Shown here: positions 58,709 to 64,000 of the stretch, one piece after another | Numbering within the stretch: the first letter of the stretch is position 1 | Layout of the letters: every line of letters starts with the position of its first letter | DNA from: Candidatus Paceibacter sp. | GTDB taxonomy: Bacteria > Patescibacteriota > Patescibacteriia > DYGC01 | Reading direction: 5' to 3' | NCBI GenBank assembly: GCA_020724925.1 | Contig: DYGC01000001.1 | Location: 5,228 to 69,227, forward strand | DNA length: 64,000 nucleotides | Position numbers and translations under genes: made by a program | The notes under the pieces: generated by a model | Seen by the model: the letters and a program-made list of their open reading frames with translations, nothing else | What the model was told of the DNA's origin: nothing | Database searches by the model: none

Positions 58709-60115
58709 ATGAATGTGCCAGCCTTAAAAAAAATAACACTTAAATTTTTAGTGTTTTCTTTGGTTTTTGTTTTACCATTAAGCGGCTTTGGCTGTAAGTT
58801 GATGTCATCTGAGGTACAGGAGAATGTAAAATCAACCACTTTGGAAATCTGGGGTGTTTATATGAACAGTGCTCATATTAAACCGATTGTTGATGCTTAT
58901 CGAGTTAGCCATCCTTATGTACGAGTCAATTATACTAATTTTAGACCGGAAGAATATGAAACCCAGTTGTTAAATGCCATGGCTGAGGATCGTGGGCCGG
59001 ACATTTTTTTAGTGCACAACACTAAAGTTTTAGAATATCGCAACAAATTATTGCCATTGCCAGCGAGCGTGAAAGTGGCAACGCTCGTGGAGGAGGGGAC
59101 AATTAAAAAAGAGACCAAGGTGGTGATGCAAACCATTCCTGGTTTAACAGTCGGACAATTAAAAAAATCTTTTGTCGATGTGGTAGCGAGTGATGTAGTT
59201 TTTGTTAATGCTGAGACGCGCCAGGAGGAAATTTTTGGCTTACCCTTGAGTATGGATACTTTAGTTTTATATTATAATGCTGATTTATTGAACCGTGCGA
59301 ATATCCCGGAGCCACCACAAACGTGGATGGAGCTTCAAGAAATGATTCCCAAATTAACCAAGGTTGATGAAAATGATGGAATTGTCCAAGCGGGGATCGC
59401 TTTGGGTTTAAGTGATAACATTGATAATTATTTTGATATAGTGTCGGCTCTGATGTTGCAGAATGGAACGGTTTTTGCAAATGAGTATAATCAGTTAGTA
59501 ATGGATAAGATCCCTGGTGTTTTGCAGGGAAAAATTGAAGTTTCTCCGGCCCTGAGCGCCTTAGATTTTTATAGTTCTTTCGCGAAGCCATATAAGGTTA
59601 CTTATACTTGGGATAAATACATGAAGACGGCGGTGCAGTCGTTCGCGGCTGGCAATTTAGCGATGTTTGTTGGTTATCAATTTCATAATGAGACTATTAA
59701 AAGTTTGTCTCCAAAGTTGAATTATTTAATCGCACCATTACCACAGGTCAATCTGGAATATCCAATTAATTATGCTAATTATTGGGTGATGGGGGTTTCT
59801 AAAAAAACAAAATCAGCAGATGTCGCTTGGGATTTTGTGCAATATGCTACCCAAGCTGATCAGGTTAGTAAATACTTGACCGCCAGTGGGCGCGTTACTG
59901 CTTTGAAGGCTTTGGTGAAAAATCAACAAAGTGATGCTTTGGGAGTTTTTGCCAATCAGGTTTTAACTGCTAAAAGTTGGTTTCACGGTTCTGATTTTGA
60001 AGCGGCTAAAGCGGTCTTCAAAACCATGATTGATGATTCCGCCACTGATAATTATAAAAGTATGGGTGATTTGATTTCTAATACTAATACCAAGTTGAAT
60101 AGTATTTATAGATAA
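58709..60115 (+). CDS. Extracellular solute-binding protein (family 1-like), lipoprotein-type
   Basis: SGFGC lipobox; GPDIF, GLPLSMDTLVLYYN, PPQTW, AWDFVQY. Confidence 0.85.
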   Translation: MNVPALKKITLKFLVFSLVFVLPLSGFGCKLMSSEVQENVKSTTLEIWGVYMNSAHIKPIVDAYRVSHPYVRVNYTNFRPEEYETQLLNAMAEDRGPDIFLVHNTKVLEYRNKLLPLPASVKVATLVEEGTIKKETKVVMQTIPGLTVGQLKKSFVDVVASDVVFVNAETRQEEIFGLPLSMDTLVLYYNADLLNRANIPEPPQTWMELQEMIPKLTKVDENDGIVQAGIALGLSDNIDNYFDIVSALMLQNGTVFANEYNQLVMDKIPGVLQGKIEVSPALSALDFYSSFAKPYKVTYTWDKYMKTAVQSFAAGNLAMFVGYQFHNETIKSLSPKLNYLIAPLPQVNLEYPINYANYWVMGVSKKTKSADVAWDFVQYATQADQVSKYLTASGRVTALKALVKNQQSDALGVFANQVLTAKSWFHGSDFEAAKAVFKTMIDDSATDNYKSMGDLISNTNTKLNSIYR

Positions 60116-60126
60116 AAATAAAATAT

Positions 60127-62109
60127 ATGAGGATTTTCAGGCATTTTTCTTTTTTCCTTTTGGTGTTTGCCATGTTTACCTTAAGTGGTAATTTTGTGTT
60201 TTCGGCTGATGATTGTGTTAAAGAGGAGGAGTTGGTTTGTTACACAGTTTTAAGGGTTGATGGTATGAACGTTTTATTTAATGCCACTCCTTCTGGTATT
60301 CAGTTATCGACAAGTGAGGCTCTTAGCTATGCGATGATGAGTGATCAAGCTCGTTCCACTTCTTTGGTGTGCCTCATTCCTAAAAGTAAAATCCCAAAAA
60401 ACATTACTGATGATGATTCTTATGCTCGGTGCATGGCAGAAGCATCGTCTGCTAGTTATGGGTCATTGAAATATTATAAATGTTGGTTGGGAAACAATTT
60501 TAATACTATTACTAGCCCAAATTTTTACACTTGCAATTGGTACACAATTGAAAAGCAGTTGGCTGCGGAAGCACAAGCTAAGCGGCTTGCAGAAGGTAAG
60601 GAATATGGTTCTGGAAACATCACTTGTGGTGGTCGTACTTTTCAGTGTACACCTAGTGGTTGGTTCGCGAATGTTTCCCCCGCCTGTTTTTGTTGCGGTC
60701 AGTGCGAGCCCCGGGATTTATTAACAGTTGGAAATACCTTTTTAAAATGGTTGTTTGGTATTGTCGGGGCGATTGGTTTGGCAATGTTTGTGTGGGGTGG
60801 TTTCAATTGGATTACTTCTGCCGGTGATCAGGGTAAGATCACGACCGGTAAAAAGGCGATTACTAATACCATGGTTGGTTTACTGATTATGTTTTCCGCT
60901 GGAGTGGTTGTTATGACTATTCAAAAAACTCTTGGTTTGGATGTGCAGATATCAGTGGTGGGGCAGCTTGATAGTAATACCGGAGCGGATGCTACCGGTA
61001 GTACCGATGCTAGTCAAGAAGTTCATGGTAATTTGCAATTGGGTGATAAGTGTACAGTTCAAGAGAAAACTTCTAATAGTGATTGTGCTAAGGATTTATA
61101 TTGTTATGCGGTTAAGGACAATCCGGAAACTAAAGGTATTTGTTTGCCAAAAAATCCGAAGGGGTCATCAAAGCCCGGTTATCGTTGTTGGATTTTAAAT
61201 GATGGCAATACTTGTTCTTTGGGGGAATGTTTGGTACTTGTGGAGCCTTCGGTAGATCCTGGTACTACTAATAAAGCCATTCCTGGGACGGAAGGTGTTT
61301 GTACCAGTGAAGAAGACGTAAATAAAATCATTGGTAAGGCTTGTAAGGCCGATACTGAGTGTGGTTCTGGTTTTAAGTGTACTAATGGGAAATGTATAAT
61401 CGTTACTAGCAGTAATATGAATCGTCGCGAACCGTGCTACGTGTTACCGGGTAGTAATACTAATGATTGTATCTCTGATTTTAAGTGCTTTCCGGATTTA
61501 AATAATGCGACTGCTAAAAGAACTGTTGGCACAAAAGGAACCTGTGCTTATAACCAAAGCTTGGTTGAAGGTAAAATATGTATTGGTAATGTTGAATGTA
61601 AAACTGGTTTGCTTTGTAAGCGGATTCCTAAGGCTTCTACCGAGGTGTGTGTTAGTAAAACGAGAAAATTTGATGTTCCTGTCGGTGGATCTTGCTTTAA
61701 ATTTACCATGGAGGGATCCAGTGATCCTGATGATCAATGGAAAAACGTGATTGATAATTGCGTCTTAGGTTTAGATTGTTATTATGGAAAAGATAGCGAC
61801 AAGTCTGGCATTTGTGCACCACCAAATCCTGTGAATTCTGTTAGCAGTATTGGTGGAGAGTGCTATATTTTGCCAGGTAGTTCATCAATGTGTGCCAACA
61901 ATTCCCAGTGCGTTGCTTATATTTCCAAGGCTTATAAAACAACTCCTGGATCAAAGGGTATTTGTATTCCTAAGTATAATTCAGTGGACGAAGGTCAGAC
62001 TTGTGTTTATTTGCCTGGAACTAAAACTGTTTGTAAGAGTGGTTTGACTTGTGATATCGGAATGTGGACCAAGGAATTTGGTCGACAAGGAGTTTGTGTG
62101 CGCAAATAG
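60127..62109 (+). CDS. VirB2/TrbC-like pilin domain with N- and C-terminal Cys-rich repeats
   Basis: GIVGAIGLAMFVWGGFNWITSAGD-GKKAITNTMVGL pilin motif; repeated 4-Cys units. Confidence 0.8.
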   Translation: MRIFRHFSFFLLVFAMFTLSGNFVFSADDCVKEEELVCYTVLRVDGMNVLFNATPSGIQLSTSEALSYAMMSDQARSTSLVCLIPKSKIPKNITDDDSYARCMAEASSASYGSLKYYKCWLGNNFNTITSPNFYTCNWYTIEKQLAAEAQAKRLAEGKEYGSGNITCGGRTFQCTPSGWFANVSPACFCCGQCEPRDLLTVGNTFLKWLFGIVGAIGLAMFVWGGFNWITSAGDQGKITTGKKAITNTMVGLLIMFSAGVVVMTIQKTLGLDVQISVVGQLDSNTGADATGSTDASQEVHGNLQLGDKCTVQEKTSNSDCAKDLYCYAVKDNPETKGICLPKNPKGSSKPGYRCWILNDGNTCSLGECLVLVEPSVDPGTTNKAIPGTEGVCTSEEDVNKIIGKACKADTECGSGFKCTNGKCIIVTSSNMNRREPCYVLPGSNTNDCISDFKCFPDLNNATAKRTVGTKGTCAYNQSLVEGKICIGNVECKTGLLCKRIPKASTEVCVSKTRKFDVPVGGSCFKFTMEGSSDPDDQWKNVIDNCVLGLDCYYGKDSDKSGICAPPNPVNSVSSIGGECYILPGSSSMCANNSQCVAYISKAYKTTPGSKGICIPKYNSVDEGQTCVYLPGTKTVCKSGLTCDIGMWTKEFGRQGVCVRK

Positions 62110-62182
62110 GTTTGTCTAAAAAGTATTTTTACGCTATAATATAGGTATTATAAACGCCTAATTAAAAAATAAGAAAAAAATT

Positions 62183-62587
62183 ATGCGATCAATGAAAAGT
62201 TTCGTTTTGAGCTTGGTCATGGGCTTGGCGGTTTTTATGCCTTTGGCTGGTGCTAGTGCTGTTACTTTGTTTCCAGATGCTTCTGGTACCGGGGAAGACA
62301 TGGCTACTACCATGGGTTTAAGCGCTGACAAGTCTTTGGCTGAGATTATCGCCAGTATTATTAACATTGTCTTAAGTGTCTTGGGTGTGGTCTTGGTTGT
62401 TTTGATTATTTATGCTGGTATTAAATGGATGACTTCTTCTGATGAAAAGGGTGTCGGTGATGCCAAGAAAATTTTAATCAACGCGATTGTCGGTTTGGTA
62501 ATTATCGTGGCTGCTTGGGCGATTACCTCATTCGTGGTTAGTAGTATTATGACTTCTGTGGGCGATACCGGTGGATTACCTTCCTAG
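62183..62587 (+). CDS. VirB2/TrbC-like pilin
   Basis: Signal peptide; IIYAGIKWMTS-AKKILINAIVGL-AWAI. Confidence 0.85.
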   Translation: MRSMKSFVLSLVMGLAVFMPLAGASAVTLFPDASGTGEDMATTMGLSADKSLAEIIASIINIVLSVLGVVLVVLIIYAGIKWMTSSDEKGVGDAKKILINAIVGLVIIVAAWAITSFVVSSIMTSVGDTGGLPS

Positions 62588-62594
62588 TTTTTTA

Positions 62595-62622
62595 TAAAAA
62601 GGAGAGTTATTCTCCTTTTTTA
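62595..62622 (+). terminator. Terminator/stabilising hairpin after first short pilin
   Basis: TAAAAAGGAGA-GTTAT-TCTCCTTTTTTA. Confidence 0.65.
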
Positions 62623-62679
62623 TAAGGCATCAGTTAATTTGTTGGTGTTTTATAAAAAGTGAGAATAATAAAAATTAAT

Positions 62680-63015
62680 ATGTTAAATATAAAAAACAAA
62701 TTTCTTGCGTTGGTGACGTCTTTTGCTTTGTGGTTGTTTCCTTTTTGGGTGTTCGCGGAAACTTTATATAATCCAATGAGTGGGACTAAGGATGTGCCAA
62801 CTTTAATTGGTAAGATTTTGAGTATAGTAATTGGTATAATTGGAGCAATTGCTTTGGTAATGTTTATTTTTGGTGGTTTTTTATGGATGACTTCTGCAGG
62901 GGATACGGGATCAATAAAAAAGGGGAAAGATACCATGGTTTATGCAGTTTTGGGATTGGTTGTGGTTTTTTCTGCACGGGCAATTTTGTCTTTTGTTTTT
63001 GAAAATTTAAAATAA
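62680..63015 (+). CDS. VirB2/TrbC-like pilin
   Basis: FGGFLWMTSAGD-GKDTMVYAVLGL; start placed at ATG 62680. Confidence 0.85.
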   Translation: MLNIKNKFLALVTSFALWLFPFWVFAETLYNPMSGTKDVPTLIGKILSIVIGIIGAIALVMFIFGGFLWMTSAGDTGSIKKGKDTMVYAVLGLVVVFSARAILSFVFENLK

Positions 63016-63025
63016 GTTTATTGAT

Positions 63026-63454
63026 ATGAATAAAAAAATGATTTATTTGGGGGCGTTACTATTTTTTTTGATAGTTCCTTTTTCTTTATTGGCCGCCGAT
63101 TATGGTTTGACCGAGAGTGCTAATGCTGCAAATCTCCCAGAAAATGTTAATTTAATGGGAATGATTGCAAAAGTGGTTGGAACTGCGCTGTCTTTGGTTG
63201 GTGTGATTTTCTTGATTTTATTTATTTATGGAGGAATGCTCTGGATGACGGCCGGTGGTAAGGCTGATAATACAAAAAAAGCTAAGGATTTAATGGTTAA
63301 TGCGGTAATTGGTCTAGTTTTGATTTTTAGTGCGTATTTTGTGACCAGATTTGTGGTTAGTGAATTAACTTCTGCTTCCCAGGTTGTTCCCGGGGGAAGT
63401 ACAACACCAACGCCTGGAACGAGTTTTAGTAATGGAGTTTTTGATAAAGTTTAG
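63026..63454 (+). CDS. VirB2/TrbC-like pilin
   Basis: IYGGMLWMTAGG-AKDLMVNAVIGL-AYFV. Confidence 0.85.
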   Translation: MNKKMIYLGALLFFLIVPFSLLAADYGLTESANAANLPENVNLMGMIAKVVGTALSLVGVIFLILFIYGGMLWMTAGGKADNTKKAKDLMVNAVIGLVLIFSAYFVTRFVVSELTSASQVVPGGSTTPTPGTSFSNGVFDKV

Positions 63455-63481
63455 TTTTCAGTTTTTAATAAAATTATTGCT

Positions 63482-63868
63482 ATGGGGTTTCTTTTTTCTA
63501 ATCAATTGATAGTTTTGTTTCTAGGATTTTTAGCGGGGATATTTTCTCCTTTTTTAACATTTGCCAGCGATTATGGGACAAGTGAATTAGCCAGTCAATT
63601 GGGATATAAGACTTATGCGGTTGACCGTGATTTGATTTTAGCGATTGTTGGCAAAGTTATTGCCGGTGTTTTAGGGTTTTTGGGAGTAGTTTTTTTGGTT
63701 GGTATTGTTTATTATGGTTTTAGATGGATGACAGCCGGTGGGAAGTCAGATGTAGTGAAGGTCGCGAAAGATGGGATTACAAATTTGGTAATTGGTTTAA
63801 TTTTGGTTTTATCGGCTTATGCTATTACTAGTTTTATTTTAAGTATTTTAACTAATGTTAATAAATAG
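63482..63868 (+). CDS. VirB2/TrbC-like pilin
   Basis: YYGFRWMTAGG-AKDGITNLVIGL-AYAI. Confidence 0.85.
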   Translation: MGFLFSNQLIVLFLGFLAGIFSPFLTFASDYGTSELASQLGYKTYAVDRDLILAIVGKVIAGVLGFLGVVFLVGIVYYGFRWMTAGGKSDVVKVAKDGITNLVIGLILVLSAYAITSFILSILTNVNK

Positions 63869-63872
63869 AATT

Positions 63873-64000
63873 ATGTTGAAAAAATTTTTAGTAAAGATAT
63901 TTATTATAGCAATCTTATGTGTGCCTACATTAGCATATGCCGCAAATTTGAATGATGCTACTAGTGTTTTGGATTCTGGGGCCAAGGAGATGGGCTATCA
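63873..64000 (+). CDS. Probable further pilin (partial, runs off window)
   Basis: MLKKFLVKIFIIAILCVPTLAYAANLNDA... signal peptide like the preceding pilins. Confidence 0.6.
   Translation, partial: MLKKFLVKIFIIAILCVPTLAYAANLNDATSVLDSGAKEMGY

Overview
This 64-kb window is the replication-origin region of a low-GC bacterial chromosome. It is most likely from a Patescibacteria/CPR (Parcubacteria/ABY1-like) organism, inferred from the AT-rich leaders lacking Shine-Dalgarno sites, the tandem VirB2/TrbC-like pilin array and the gene content. Core genes are xth (partial), ychF, lspA, a dksA/traR-like gene, pnp, rnpA, dnaA-oriC-dnaN, a class A PBP, tig, rpsT, holA, polA, rsmE, an rluD-gmk fusion, galU and two tRNAs (Ser-CGA, Arg-CCT). 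Energy and redox genes are a complete 9-gene V/A-type ATPase with a Na+-type c ring, a 4-subunit pyruvate/2-oxoacid:ferredoxin oxidoreductase, a minimal [FeFe]-hydrogenase-like H-domain protein and a DsbA-like protein. Envelope genes include an SdpRI-like pair, an operon of exported proteins, an ECF sigma/FecR anti-sigma pair, a MacAB-like exporter and a pilin array. The most notable signals are: (1) an unannotated, apparently stand-alone ~530-nt hairpin-rich RNA (about 10841-11370, minus strand) with its own sigma70 promoter, an upstream DnaA box and a 5' AGGAGGUGA; (2) pilin-domain proteins fused to large Cys-rich modules, one of them inserted inside the por operon next to dsbA; (3) a DnaA-box cluster hidden in a methyltransferase CDS next to two parS-like sites; (4) an lspA stop codon lying in the tRNA-Arg anticodon loop; and (5) a nested inverted/tandem repeat element after porB. 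All calls were made by eye from motifs, and no database searches were run.
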